A stretch of 64,000 nucleotides of DNA from Patescibacteria group bacterium (GCA_038065415.1 JBBTRA010000006.1:15262-79261), one strand, 5' to 3'. Counted from the stretch's first letter, positions 8,720 to 19,032 are shown. A program made the numbers and translations. The notes: generated by a model from the sequence alone, not told the origin.

Positions 8720-10534
8720 ATGAAGTTACATATATGGAGTAGGAAGCAGGGAGGTACAAAAAGAGGCTTCACTCTCACTGAAGTCCTTGTGGGCTCTGCA
8801 GTTTTCCTGATCATCGCACTCGCTGCATATAATGCATATGTGGGTCTTTTCCACCTGATCAACTTGAGCCAGTACAAGGTGCTTGCGGTTAGCCTTGCAA
8901 ACGAACAGTTTGAGATTGCTCGCAACATGCCCTATACGGATGTAGGTATCGAAGGTGGTATACCAGACGGTAAGCTTCAGCACATACAGACACTTGTGCG
9001 TGGCGGGGTAACTTTCACTGTTACCACAACGGTGCGCAACATTGATTTGCCATTCGATGGGACGATCGGCGGTAGTCCCAACGATATCTCTCCGGCCGAT
9101 AATAAATCTTTGGAAGTGGCAGTGTCATGTATCGGATGTAGGGATATGCAGCCTATCCGATTGACTGGGCAGATTGCCCCGAAAAATCTAGAGACCGCCT
9201 CAAACAACGGAGCTCTGTTCATCAGAGTTTTTGATGCAAATGGCCAGCCGGTACAGGGAGCTTCCGTTCATGTGGAGAATATAGCTACGACAACAACGAC
9301 TATCGTGATCGATGATGTCACTGATGCGACGGGCATGCTCCAGCTCATCGATGTTCCTCCGGATACAGAAGCATACCGAGTGGTCGTAACAAAATCCGGG
9401 TATTCAACAGATAGGACATATCCTCCAGGAGGTGTAGGGAACCCAACTCCATCCAAGCCGGATGCTACGGTGATCGTACAGCAAGTGACGCAGGTTAGTT
9501 TCGCAATCGATCGCATCGGTTCTCTCGAAATATCGAGCGTGACACCTCTCTGTGTAGTCGTTCCTAATTTTGATTTTTCTCTGGCAGGGTCGAAGCAAAT
9601 TGGTACCAGTGTGCCCAAATATTCGCAAAACCTCTCAACTGGAGCTGGTGGTACATTGCTGCTCTCGTCGATGGAGTGGGATACGTATACGATGACCCCG
9701 ACTGATAGTGCATATGATGTCGCCGGTCTTAATCCGCTCAATCCTATCACCGTCAATCCGGGAGCTGCACAGCAGGCGCAGATCATCGTCGTGCCCGACG
9801 CACCACTTGGTCTGCTCGTTACTGCTAAAGATAACGCTACTCAACTGCCGATATCTGGCGCCGAGGTGACGCTCACTAAAGTAGGATTTAGCGAAGTCCT
9901 CACTACTGGTAAAGGATATATCAATCAGACCGACTGGTCTGGTGGGGCAGGGCAAGCAACTTCATCTAATGTAGCAAAGTATTTTCAGGATGATTCCAAT
10001 GTTGATGTTTCAGTGAGTGTGGGAGAGATTCGTCTCAAAGAGGTATTCGGAGAATATAATCCATCGGGAATACTCGAGTCTTCCTGGTTCGATACGGGAT
10101 CAGAGAGTAACTTTTATTCGCTGGTCTGGACTCCATCGGACGCTCCTGCTCTTGCTGGTTCCGATGCGGTCCGTTTCCAGATTGCGACTGCGAGCACGTC
10201 AGAGCCAACTTCGTGGACATTCAGAGGTCCTGATGGAACAGGTGCGACATACTATTCGGTCTCTGATTCTCCGGTTGCCGCGATTCATAATGGAGACCAA
10301 TTTTTCCGCTACAAGGTGTATCTTTCTACAGAAACTGCCACAGTGACGCCGAGCATCTCGGACGCTGCGTTCACCTTCACTTCTTCCTGTACGCCTCCGG
10401 GTCAGGTTATATTTTCAGGACTCGATGCGGGCACTTATCACATCACCATAACAAAGTCAGGGTATGCACAGTATGATCAAGATGTTGTCGTGAGCAGTGG
10501 CTGGATGGAAGTGCAGGCTGCGATGGCTCCATAA
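8720..10534 (+). CDS. Large prepilin-like protein with a class III signal and repeated beta-sandwich (carboxypeptidase-regulatory-like) domains; candidate pilus tip or minor pilin
   Basis: N-terminus KRG|FTLTEVLVGSAVFLIIALA carries the G|FTLxE prepilin cleavage/methylation motif. 604 aa with repeats such as GQPVQGASVHVEN...VVVTKSGYS and GTYHITITKSGYAQYDQDVVV. Confidence 0.7.
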   Translation: MKLHIWSRKQGGTKRGFTLTEVLVGSAVFLIIALAAYNAYVGLFHLINLSQYKVLAVSLANEQFEIARNMPYTDVGIEGGIPDGKLQHIQTLVRGGVTFTVTTTVRNIDLPFDGTIGGSPNDISPADNKSLEVAVSCIGCRDMQPIRLTGQIAPKNLETASNNGALFIRVFDANGQPVQGASVHVENIATTTTTIVIDDVTDATGMLQLIDVPPDTEAYRVVVTKSGYSTDRTYPPGGVGNPTPSKPDATVIVQQVTQVSFAIDRIGSLEISSVTPLCVVVPNFDFSLAGSKQIGTSVPKYSQNLSTGAGGTLLLSSMEWDTYTMTPTDSAYDVAGLNPLNPITVNPGAAQQAQIIVVPDAPLGLLVTAKDNATQLPISGAEVTLTKVGFSEVLTTGKGYINQTDWSGGAGQATSSNVAKYFQDDSNVDVSVSVGEIRLKEVFGEYNPSGILESSWFDTGSESNFYSLVWTPSDAPALAGSDAVRFQIATASTSEPTSWTFRGPDGTGATYYSVSDSPVAAIHNGDQFFRYKVYLSTETATVTPSISDAAFTFTSSCTPPGQVIFSGLDAGTYHITITKSGYAQYDQDVVVSSGWMEVQAAMAP

Positions 10535-10549
10535 GGTATAATCAAGCTG

Positions 10550-11173
10550 ATGAAGTTCACAGAATCACAACGTGCGCAGAGTAACGGATTCACTCTGGTG
10601 GAGGTGCTTGCATCGATCTCCATTCTTGTGGTGGTCATGATTGCGGTGAGCTCTTTTCAGTATAATGTCATCAACTACAATCGTTCGTCGGCAGTATCTC
10701 TTACCAACGCTCAGGAGGCTCAATCTCTCCTGAAGGTCATGTCCAAAGAAATCCGTTCAATGGAACCGAGTTCAAATGGGGCGTATCCGATCGCGTCCGC
10801 AGGAACAAGCAGTCTGACCTTTTTTGCTGATATTGATAGCGATGGTACAAAAGAGCAGGTCCGCTACTATATTTCGACCACCACAGTGTTTCGCGGCACT
10901 ATCAAGCCGACGGGATCGCCGCTTGCATATATGGGCGCTGAAATAAGGAGAACACTTGCGACGGGCATTCGTAATTCGAGTACGACACCCATATTCGAAT
11001 ATTTCGATGGTACATATGCGGGCACGTCGACTCCTATGACGTATCCACTCACTATTACCTCTATTCGCCTAGTCAAGATGAATCTCACGATAGATACTGA
11101 TCCGAGCAAAGCCCCGATATTGAGGACATTCACAACTCAGGCGGGATTGAGAAATCTCAAGGATAATCTATAG
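10550..11173 (+). CDS. Prepilin-type N-terminal domain protein (minor pilin / pseudopilin)
   Basis: SNG|FTLVEVLASISILVVVMIAV motif; 207 aa. Confidence 0.7.
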   Translation: MKFTESQRAQSNGFTLVEVLASISILVVVMIAVSSFQYNVINYNRSSAVSLTNAQEAQSLLKVMSKEIRSMEPSSNGAYPIASAGTSSLTFFADIDSDGTKEQVRYYISTTTVFRGTIKPTGSPLAYMGAEIRRTLATGIRNSSTTPIFEYFDGTYAGTSTPMTYPLTITSIRLVKMNLTIDTDPSKAPILRTFTTQAGLRNLKDNL

Positions 11174-11177
11174 CACC

Positions 11178-12692
11178 ATGAAACAGGAAATCAATAATAA
11201 CAATCGAAAATGGGTACAGGCACATTCAGGTATGGTCCTCGTGAATGTGCTCATATTCGCCACGATCGCAGTTACAGTGACGACTGGTCTGGTCAATTGG
11301 GGAGCTACTGTTCTCAAGACAACTAGGACACTAGATGCTCGTGAGCAAGCATTCCAAGTTGCAGAGGCAGGGATAGAATATTATCGGTGGCATCTCGCGC
11401 ATGCACCGACTGACTATCAGGATGGTACGGGAGCACCTGGTCCCTATGTACACACGGTACTAGATGCTGATGGTGATATGGTGGGGAGTTATTCGTTGAC
11501 GATAACTCCTCCGGCTACAGGATCGACGATCGTAAGGGTCCGTTCGACAGGTACCGTAGTAGTTGATCCGAGCATTTCACGAACGATACAAGCGACTCTC
11601 GCTATACCATCCCTCGCAAAGTATGCAGTCGTAGCGAATGCAGCCATGCGTTTTGGTGAGGGGACGGAAGTGTTCGGCCCTATTCATTCGAACGCCGGTA
11701 TTCGTTTTGATGGATTGGCACATAATATCGTCACCAGTGGAGTGGCAAGCTATGACGATCCTGATCACGATGAATCAGGATCTGAGAGATTGGAGTATGG
11801 TGTGCATACCCACGTTGCTGCACCACCTGGATCTGGAGTCAATGATTCATATCGACCAGCAGAGATGCCTCCGGCGACTCCTCCGAACAGGGCAGATGTA
11901 TTTATGGCGGGGAGACAGTTTCCTGTACCGACATTTGATTTCACGGGATTGACTACAGATTTGTCTGCTATGAAGTCTAATGCTCAGGCGTCGGGAAGGT
12001 ACTATGCTCACTCGGGATCGCAGGGGTACCATATCGTGCTCAAAACAAACGACACATATGATTTGTATCGTGTGAACTCTCTTCGCTCTGCACCGAATAA
12101 CTGTACCAATACGGCAAACCAGACCAACTGGGGAACATGGAGTGTCAATTCGCAAACTCTCATCGCTTCCAACCAAACCTTTCCCGCAAACGGCATCATT
12201 TTCCTTGAAGATCATGTGTGGGTGGATGGGACGATAAATGGTGCTCGTTTGACGATCGCTTCAGGAAGATTCCCTGATAATGTGACGACGCGCACAGATA
12301 TCACCATCAATGACGATCTTCTGTATACGAACTATGATGGTACCGACGTGATCTCTCTTATTGCGCAGAGGAATATCAATGTAGGACTTTGGAGTCAGGA
12401 TGATTTGCGCATCGATGCCGCACTGGTTGCTCAGAACGGTAGAGCAGGACGGTGGTACTATGAAAATGATTGTCGTACGACAGGAGGGGGAGGGCAGAAT
12501 TATTATGTACGTAATCAGCTCACACTCTACGGAATGATCGCCACCAATGAGCGATACGGATTCGCATATACGGACGATACAGGATATACCAATCGAGACA
12601 TCATATACGATAGTAATCTCCTGTACGGCCCACCACCGTCATTTCCACTGACTTCGAGTCAGTACACGACTATCTCTTGGCAAGAGATATAA
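11178..12692 (+). CDS. PilX-like pilus-associated protein (N-terminal TM plus PilX_N-like helix)
   Basis: N-terminal hydrophobic segment followed by REQAFQVAEAGIEYYRWHL, which resembles the PilX N-terminal domain; 504 aa, same operon as pilBC. Confidence 0.55.
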   Translation: MKQEINNNNRKWVQAHSGMVLVNVLIFATIAVTVTTGLVNWGATVLKTTRTLDAREQAFQVAEAGIEYYRWHLAHAPTDYQDGTGAPGPYVHTVLDADGDMVGSYSLTITPPATGSTIVRVRSTGTVVVDPSISRTIQATLAIPSLAKYAVVANAAMRFGEGTEVFGPIHSNAGIRFDGLAHNIVTSGVASYDDPDHDESGSERLEYGVHTHVAAPPGSGVNDSYRPAEMPPATPPNRADVFMAGRQFPVPTFDFTGLTTDLSAMKSNAQASGRYYAHSGSQGYHIVLKTNDTYDLYRVNSLRSAPNNCTNTANQTNWGTWSVNSQTLIASNQTFPANGIIFLEDHVWVDGTINGARLTIASGRFPDNVTTRTDITINDDLLYTNYDGTDVISLIAQRNINVGLWSQDDLRIDAALVAQNGRAGRWYYENDCRTTGGGGQNYYVRNQLTLYGMIATNERYGFAYTDDTGYTNRDIIYDSNLLYGPPPSFPLTSSQYTTISWQEI

Positions 12693-12703
12693 CTACTATA
12701 TTC

Positions 12704-12823
12704 ATGGAAACAATCATACTTGTGATTATCGTCGTCGCGCTCATCTACTCGAGCAGTTCTTCGAAGTCGAAAGAAAAGGATGGGGGCAAAAAGGGTGGAG
12801 ATAAGGGTAAGAAGGGGAAATAG
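12704..12823 (+). CDS. Possible 39-aa small TM plus Lys/Gly-rich peptide
   Basis: ATG 12704, TAG 12821-12823; METIILVIIVVALIYSSSSSKSKEKDGGKKGGDKGKKGK; below the track size cut-off; followed by a hairpin. Confidence 0.25.
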   Translation: METIILVIIVVALIYSSSSSKSKEKDGGKKGGDKGKKGK

Positions 12824-12899
12824 GTAACAGCTGGGTATCATCGAAATAAAAATCCCGCGTCAAGATTGTTCTTGATGCGGGGTTGTCCGTGTCGGTTGA

Positions 12900-13928
12900 T
12901 CACGCAGCCACTGCGTGGGGATGGAGCAGGTCCTCGATGATCTGCTTGACCTCAATGGGTGTGATACGACTGCCAGTAGCCCGGGGACTACCGCCGATCG
13001 TGTCGCCTCCACCCCAGTGGTTCACTGTATCGCCCTCGTGTTCGTCGAGTGTGCTCAAAATTTCGGTCACGGGGAATGGTATGAATATCGACCGCCTGCC
13101 GATCGAATAGGTGTACCTGCTATTACCCAGAGCTTTTGCAGCCACAAAGGCGTTGATGCCGTTGGCATACATTCCGATGCGCGCATTGAAGCCAATTTCT
13201 CGCACCATGGACCAACCGGTCCCGGTGTCGATAACTTCATAGCGAACATCGAGTTCGAGTTTTTCGCCGCCGCCGGCGAGCGTCCGACTGATACGGTCAC
13301 ATCCTGCGTCGATGATCGAGCGGAACTCCACAGGATCGCGACGCGCAAGAGCCCCGTTGAGCCGGGCGATCTTGTAGTGTTCGAATACCCAGTTGTTCTC
13401 CATGATCGCGGGCATCTGAGGCGAGAAGCCGTAGGCGCCAGCGGTTGTGTCGAGTAGGTCTTCGACGTTGATGATCCGATTCAGGATAGGGTTCGAGGTA
13501 GTTTCCACACGATGTGCATTCTGGAATGACCACACAGTAGCGGTCACATCCTCATCGCAGTCGTTCATCCAGAGGTGCAGTTCACCAGCGCCTTCGAGTG
13601 CGCGCATGAGTCCGCTCCTGATGAGTATGTTTGCCTGGGCTGCGGTGCAGCGAGTTGTCAGACGATCGCAACCCTCATGATGGTTGAGGTTGAGTATTTT
13701 TCGTAGCGGATCCCATTGCACGGGTCCGTACACGTATCCATCGATGGCGATTGATCCGGGGGGTGATTTGGCGCGGAACTCCTCCCAGCTGAGCGGGGGA
13801 GTATTGGGCTCTATGTGCAGAGTCACTTTCATACGGTTTTTCAAAGATCGCTGGATAGCTTCGAGGCTCTGGCAGCCTGATCCAGGTACTACGATACAAT
13901 ATTTATCAAGATTAGTAAAGTGTACCAA
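12900..13928 (-). CDS. Conserved hypothetical protein, possibly ASKHA or hydantoinase-like
   Basis: 342-aa ORF with motifs EVIDTGTGWSMV and HWGGGDTIGGSPR; family not confidently recognised. Confidence 0.45.
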   Translation of the reverse strand: MVHFTNLDKYCIVVPGSGCQSLEAIQRSLKNRMKVTLHIEPNTPPLSWEEFRAKSPPGSIAIDGYVYGPVQWDPLRKILNLNHHEGCDRLTTRCTAAQANILIRSGLMRALEGAGELHLWMNDCDEDVTATVWSFQNAHRVETTSNPILNRIINVEDLLDTTAGAYGFSPQMPAIMENNWVFEHYKIARLNGALARRDPVEFRSIIDAGCDRISRTLAGGGEKLELDVRYEVIDTGTGWSMVREIGFNARIGMYANGINAFVAAKALGNSRYTYSIGRRSIFIPFPVTEILSTLDEHEGDTVNHWGGGDTIGGSPRATGSRITPIEVKQIIEDLLHPHAVAA

Positions 13929-13991
13929 TCATACGTGCGCGCGCCTGTGTACGCGTTTTCTTTGGCTGGGATAGTACGCTACAATACCCTC

Positions 13992-14747
13992 ATGAAAAAA
14001 CTCGTTATCGGAAATTGGAAGATGAACCCGGCCACATTTGATGAGGCGAAGGTAATCGCTCAGAAGAGTCGTCGTTTGGCAGCAGGGCTCTCGCATACGG
14101 AGGTTGTCGCATGTCCGCCATTTGTTTTTCTCGGAGCAGTCATATCTGAGAGAGATCCAGATACACTCAAAGTAGGTGCCCAGTCGGTCTCATATGAAGA
14201 GGGTGGTCCTCATACAGGGGAAGTGGGTGCGATTATGCTCAAGGACATGGGTGTGAAGTATGTCATTGCTGGGCACTCGGAGGAGCGTGCTCGCGGTGAT
14301 ACGGATGAGTCGGTCTCAAAGAGGGTCAAAGCTATCGTCGAGGCAGGGATGGAAGCTGTACTCTGTGTTGGTGAGAAGGAGCGCGACGAGAATGGTGCGT
14401 ATCTTGATGGTTTGAAAGAACAGATAAAGAACAGTCTTGCGAATGTTCCGGCAAATAAGGCAAAGAATATCATCTTGGCATATGAACCGGTCTGGGCAAT
14501 AGGGGCTAAAGAAGCCATGGCTCCCGAACAGGTCTATGAGATGGCGCTGTTTGTGAGGAAAGTTTTTTCTGATGTTTTCAATGCCGATCAGGCCCTCAAG
14601 GCGACGGTTCTCTATGGTGGCTCAGTCAATTTTCGCAATGCTGCAGATATTATCAAGACCGGGCAGGTGGACGGTCTACTCGTCGGGCGTGAGAGTGTCA
14701 ACATGCCTGGTTTCACAGAATTATTGAAGGCAGTGGATGAAATATAA
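13992..14747 (+). CDS. tpiA: Triosephosphate isomerase
   Basis: MKKLVIGNWKMN, AYEPVWAIG, GGSV motifs; ATG at 13992. Confidence 0.9.
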   Translation: MKKLVIGNWKMNPATFDEAKVIAQKSRRLAAGLSHTEVVACPPFVFLGAVISERDPDTLKVGAQSVSYEEGGPHTGEVGAIMLKDMGVKYVIAGHSEERARGDTDESVSKRVKAIVEAGMEAVLCVGEKERDENGAYLDGLKEQIKNSLANVPANKAKNIILAYEPVWAIGAKEAMAPEQVYEMALFVRKVFSDVFNADQALKATVLYGGSVNFRNAADIIKTGQVDGLLVGRESVNMPGFTELLKAVDEI

Positions 14748-15859
14748 TGAAAACGATCAAAGATATCCCATACCTGGAAGGCGTAAAGGTTCTGGTTCGT
14801 GCCGACTTCAATGTGCCGATAACTAACGGTAGTGTCGTCGATGATTTTCGTATTCGAGCGGCGCTACCGACTATTTCGTATTTGAAGGAAAAAGGGGCGA
14901 CTATTCTCCTAATAAGCCATCTTGAAGCTGCTGATGGAGGCAATCCTTCATTGGAGCCAGTCGCGAAGCGATTGATAGATCTTGGGGTGGAAACATCATT
15001 TGTTAGTGATTACAAAAAAGCATCTAGCATGGTCGAAGCTGCACCAGGAAGCTGTTTCTTGCTGGAAAATCTCCGCTTCTTCGATGGTGAAAAAAATAAT
15101 GACCCGAAATTTGCACAGGAACTCGCGTCACTCGCTGATATCTATGTGAACGACGCGTTCTCTGTTTCACATCGTGAGCACGCATCGGTAGTTGGCGTAC
15201 CGAAGCTCATGCCGAGCTATGCAGGTCTCCAGCTCGAACAGGAGATCGTACACCTCTCAAAAGCATTTGATCCGTCGCATCCATTCCTATTCATTCTTGG
15301 TGGGGCAAAGTTTGATACCAAAATGCCGCTTGTTGAGAAGTTCTCGGTATTGGCAGATTCTATATTTATCGGAGGTGCTCTCGCAAACGATCTTTTGAAA
15401 GCTCGTGGCAAGGAAGTGGGTACATCCAAAGTATCATCATCGCCGATTGATCTCACCAAGATTCTCGCTAACCCCAAGATTTTTTCTTGTGTAGATGTGG
15501 CTATCGCAAATGAGGGCACCAAAGACATAGATAGTATCGAAGTTGATGATCTTATCGCGGATATCGGGGCCAAGTCGGTCGCCTTGCTCAAGGAGAAGAT
15601 CGCCGAAGCGAAATTTATTCTTTGGAACGGTCCATTTGGTATTTATGAAAAAGGGTTCACTTGGGGGACGGAGGAGTGTGCACGCCTCATTGCAGAGAAC
15701 CCTGTCGCCATGAAGATTGTTGGTGGTGGAGATACATTGGCAGCTATCGCGAAGCTCGGTGTCGAAGATAAGTATTCATTTGTCTCCACAGGTGGCGGAG
15801 CTATGTTGGATTTCTTGGCAAAAGGAACGTTGCCGGGTATTGAGGTGCTAAAGGGGTAG
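14747..15859 (+). CDS. pgk: Phosphoglycerate kinase
   Basis: RADFNVPI N-terminus and GGGDT-like C-terminal motif; start overlaps the tpiA stop (ATAATGA). Confidence 0.9.
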   Translation: MKTIKDIPYLEGVKVLVRADFNVPITNGSVVDDFRIRAALPTISYLKEKGATILLISHLEAADGGNPSLEPVAKRLIDLGVETSFVSDYKKASSMVEAAPGSCFLLENLRFFDGEKNNDPKFAQELASLADIYVNDAFSVSHREHASVVGVPKLMPSYAGLQLEQEIVHLSKAFDPSHPFLFILGGAKFDTKMPLVEKFSVLADSIFIGGALANDLLKARGKEVGTSKVSSSPIDLTKILANPKIFSCVDVAIANEGTKDIDSIEVDDLIADIGAKSVALLKEKIAEAKFILWNGPFGIYEKGFTWGTEECARLIAENPVAMKIVGGGDTLAAIAKLGVEDKYSFVSTGGGAMLDFLAKGTLPGIEVLKG

Positions 15860-15929
15860 GTTTTTGCGTGTACCTACTGTTGACTTATCTGTATGTTGGC
15901 GTATGGTATATCGAGAAGGAGACAAGTGT

Positions 15930-16256
15930 ATGAACAATGAAGTCAGTCTTGCGAAGAGTAGGCAAGAGTGTGCACCCGGTGGCTGTGATTCCTCTGATAG
16001 TGATGTGTGCAATTGCCAATGCCACGATCCCGATTTTGGTCAGTTCGTACGACATACTGCACCGTGTTGCCATGGTTGTCCGCACTGCGGTCAGATGATC
16101 AAAGTGCATTCACTGACTGTTCATATCGAGGAATGTTTAAAGGCAAAAAGAGCGCAAGCGTCTCTAGGGGTGTCCCCGAGCTCATTTACTGAAGTGCAAT
16201 TGCGGACGCTTGCAAGTCATCCTGAAGCGTTCAGTGATATTTCTCAGGCAGATTGA
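15930..16256 (+). CDS. Cys-rich small protein (putative zinc-ribbon or metal-binding)
   Basis: ATG 15930 preceded by GGAG; about 12 Cys in CxxC, CNCQC and CCHGCPHC patterns. Confidence 0.5.
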   Translation: MNNEVSLAKSRQECAPGGCDSSDSDVCNCQCHDPDFGQFVRHTAPCCHGCPHCGQMIKVHSLTVHIEECLKAKRAQASLGVSPSSFTEVQLRTLASHPEAFSDISQAD

Positions 16257-16309
16257 GTTTCTCGTGCCGCTGGATAAAACCGGCGGCATTTTTGGTCCCA
16301 GCGGCATCA

Positions 16310-16669
16310 CTATCTGAGTGCGGCTATGATCTTTTGTTTGTTGCCCTCAAAGTCGTTTTTGTCGCCAGCAATCTTGTTGTCAGGTATGAGCCAGATGTGT
16401 GCATGAGGAACTTCTTCGCCGATCATTTTGCCGACGATGAGTTCGGTGCCGAATGCTACGCGCTGGGCGCGCACAATCTTTTGGGCAACTTCGAAGTATA
16501 TGCCGATATTCTCTACATCCCAAACCCAGCGATAATGTTTTTTGGGTATTACGAGCGTGTGGCCAGGAGACATGGGACGGATGTCGAGGAATGCAACAAA
16601 ATCAGTATCCTCATAGACGATATGGGCAGAGACTTCTTTGGCGGCTATTTTACAGAAAATACAATCCAT
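16310..16669 (-). CDS. HIT-family (histidine triad) hydrolase
   Basis: PMSPGHTLVIPKKH and the HxHxH-type motif VPHAHIWLIP. Confidence 0.8.
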   Translation of the reverse strand: MDCIFCKIAAKEVSAHIVYEDTDFVAFLDIRPMSPGHTLVIPKKHYRWVWDVENIGIYFEVAQKIVRAQRVAFGTELIVGKMIGEEVPHAHIWLIPDNKIAGDKNDFEGNKQKIIAALR

Positions 16670-16752
16670 AGGTATCCAGATTCTATCATATAGTTGAGGG
16701 TATTTTATTTTGTGATGGTTTGGTATATCCTGTGAAGAGAAGGGAATCGACT

Positions 16753-16926
16753 ATGAATATGCTCGTGAAGCTCTTTGCGGAAGGTGTCGATGCGGATTAT
16801 GGCCTGGAGAAAGGATCTGAGTTCAGGGCGAAGTTTCCTGAACGGCTTGAGGATGAGGTCCCGTTCGGCACCCTGATGAGTGCGCTCAGGGAGATCGTTC
16901 CGGGTGAGAAGAAGTGTACAGATTGA
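16753..16926 (+). CDS. Small hypothetical protein
   Basis: 57-aa ORF (MNMLVKLFAEG...) between HIT and recJ, ending just before an intrinsic terminator. Confidence 0.3.
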   Translation: MNMLVKLFAEGVDADYGLEKGSEFRAKFPERLEDEVPFGTLMSALREIVPGEKKCTD

Positions 16927-16937
16927 TGTCGAATCTC

Positions 16938-16963
16938 GAGGACCCCCAGAGGGTCCTTTTTTG
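16938..16963 (+). terminator. Rho-independent terminator
   Basis: gaggaccc / ccaga / gggtcct stem-loop followed by TTTTTT. Confidence 0.6.
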
Positions 16964-16981
16964 CATGATATACTTCCACGC

Positions 16982-18733
16982 ATGAGCGTTATGAACTACT
17001 TGACTCGCAAGCCGTTATCCGTCGATGAGCGCAATGCTGTCGGGGGAGTGTCAGATATTGTGGCACACCTTTTGTTTCACCGTGGCATCACAGACAGGGT
17101 ATCTGCAGAGAAGTTTTTGGCGCCAGACTATGATGCGCATATCCTCGACCCATTCTTGCTCAAAGACGCAGAGAAGGCGGCACAACGAATTATTCATGCA
17201 ATAGAAAGTGGTGAGCGTATCACACTCTATTCTGATTATGATGCTGATGGTATACCTGGGGCGGTGATGTGGAACGACTTTTTCAAGCGCATCGGGTACG
17301 CCAATTATTCTATATATATACCGCACCGGCATAATGAGGGGTTTGGTTTGAACATCGAAGCAGTGGAACAACTGGCGGCAGAAGGAGTAAAGCTCCTCAT
17401 CACGCTTGATTGTGGTATCTCTGATGTCACGCCTGTGAGGCGTGCGAATGAACTCGGTATCGAGGTTATCATCACGGATCACCACGAACCACCTCCAGAA
17501 TTGCCGGCCGCATTTGCGATCATCGATCACAAGCAAGATGACTGTGCGTATCCTGACAAGAATCTGTGCGGTTCGGCAGTTGGGTACAAACTGATTCAGG
17601 CGGTGATCAAGAAAGGGATACCGTGGAAAGCCGGTCATGAAAAATGGTTCCTCGATATGGTGGGTATCGCGACCCTTTCGGATATGGTCCCCCTCACGGG
17701 CGAGAATCGGATATTCGCATACTATGGTTTGTCAGTGCTCCGCAAAAGTCCGCGCAAGGGTTTGATGAAGCTTCTCTCCAAGCTCAAGATGTCCCAGCCT
17801 CATCTGACTGAAGATGATATCGCCTTCATGATCACGCCGCGTATCAATGCCGCATCACGCATGGGTGTGCCAATGGATGCATTCAAACTTCTTACTGCCG
17901 AAAATGATGAGGATGCCAAACAGTATGCGGATCATCTCGATGAGATCAACAATGAACGCAAAGGAATCGTGGCGGCATTGGTCAAAGAGGTAAAGAAGAT
18001 TGTCACGGAGAGGTACGAAGTCCCTCCACGAGCAATTGTTCTCGGTAATCCAGATTGGAAACCCTCGCTCCTCGGCCTTGTCGCAAATACATGTGCAGAA
18101 GAATTTGATCGACCGGTTTTCTTGTGGGGTAGAGATGGGGACAATGTCATCAAAGGATCATGTCGTTCGGAAGGTACGAGCAATATTGTAGAGATCATGA
18201 GGGGTGTTCCTGCGGGCGCGTTTATACAATTTGGTGGACACAAGCACTCAGGAGGATTTGCAGTAGACAATGAGCAGGTGCATTTTTTGGAAAAGCATCT
18301 GAATGAATCAGCAGAGAAAATTCATGATAAGAAAAATGCTGCCTCAGGAGGCGAAAAATCACCGGAAGATTTTGATGGTGAATACGTCGATATGGAATTG
18401 TCGCTCGACAAAGTTGATTGGAGGCTGCAAGAAGACATCGACCGGCTGGCCCCATTTGGTACGGGCAACTCGAAACCCATGTTCATGTTCAAGAAAGTGA
18501 AACCTTCCAGTATTCGCAAGTTCGGCAAGACGCAAGGGCATGTTGAAGTTGGTTTCAAAAGGTCGAACGGCACACCTCTTGCGGCAATCGCATTTTTCGC
18601 AGCCGATCAAGAGTGGGTGAAGGTATTGGAAGGAGATACGGAAAAGTTGATCGATCTTGTGGCCTCGATAGAGAAATCCATGTTCCGCGGGAGGAAGGAG
18701 TTGAGGTTGCGTATCGTGGACGTCATCATTTGA
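16982..18733 (+). CDS. recJ: Single-stranded-DNA-specific exonuclease RecJ (DHH/DHHA1)
   Basis: DHH motifs (YSDYDADGI, ITDHHEPP), DHHA1-like C-terminus; likely ATG at 16982 (MSVMNYL). Confidence 0.85.
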   Translation: MSVMNYLTRKPLSVDERNAVGGVSDIVAHLLFHRGITDRVSAEKFLAPDYDAHILDPFLLKDAEKAAQRIIHAIESGERITLYSDYDADGIPGAVMWNDFFKRIGYANYSIYIPHRHNEGFGLNIEAVEQLAAEGVKLLITLDCGISDVTPVRRANELGIEVIITDHHEPPPELPAAFAIIDHKQDDCAYPDKNLCGSAVGYKLIQAVIKKGIPWKAGHEKWFLDMVGIATLSDMVPLTGENRIFAYYGLSVLRKSPRKGLMKLLSKLKMSQPHLTEDDIAFMITPRINAASRMGVPMDAFKLLTAENDEDAKQYADHLDEINNERKGIVAALVKEVKKIVTERYEVPPRAIVLGNPDWKPSLLGLVANTCAEEFDRPVFLWGRDGDNVIKGSCRSEGTSNIVEIMRGVPAGAFIQFGGHKHSGGFAVDNEQVHFLEKHLNESAEKIHDKKNAASGGEKSPEDFDGEYVDMELSLDKVDWRLQEDIDRLAPFGTGNSKPMFMFKKVKPSSIRKFGKTQGHVEVGFKRSNGTPLAAIAFFAADQEWVKVLEGDTEKLIDLVASIEKSMFRGRKELRLRIVDVII

Positions 18734-18786
18734 CATTTTAGGATTATTTTGAATAATAAGGGAGAACTCTGTGAAAGGTTGAAATC

Positions 18787-18987
18787 ATGAAAATAGTTAT
18801 GTCCCTACTTGCGGTCTTAGTGGCACTGATTCCTCTGTGGATCTTTCTGCTGGCCCGGCTTCTTTTTCAGCCAGAAGGGTTTTGGCAAAATCTTGTACTG
18901 ACAGGTTTGGGCATCTGGTTAATGGGCGCAATTCAGCTTGTTTTTCTTGTCGTATTGATGTTTGTGCTTATCGCCATCTGGGAGTAA
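18787..18987 (+). CDS. Small hydrophobic membrane protein
   Basis: 66 aa, two predicted TM helices; overlaps the non-coding 5' extension of the track ORF 18837. Confidence 0.35.
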   Translation: MKIVMSLLAVLVALIPLWIFLLARLLFQPEGFWQNLVLTGLGIWLMGAIQLVFLVVLMFVLIAIWE

Positions 18988-19002
18988 CTGCGGATGTTTC
19001 TT

Positions 19003-19032
19003 GGCGACTCGATATTTTGAGTCGCTTTTTTT
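19003..19032 (+). terminator. Rho-independent terminator
   Basis: ggcgactc / gatatttt / gagtcgc followed by TTTTTTT. Confidence 0.6.

Noticed and set aside
8726-9955. Minus-strand ORFs (8726-8983, 8977-9222, 9268-9786, 9404-9628, 9635-9955) inside the large prepilin-like gene
   Set aside because: Antisense to a coding region with clear pilin N-terminal and repeat-domain signal; no motifs.
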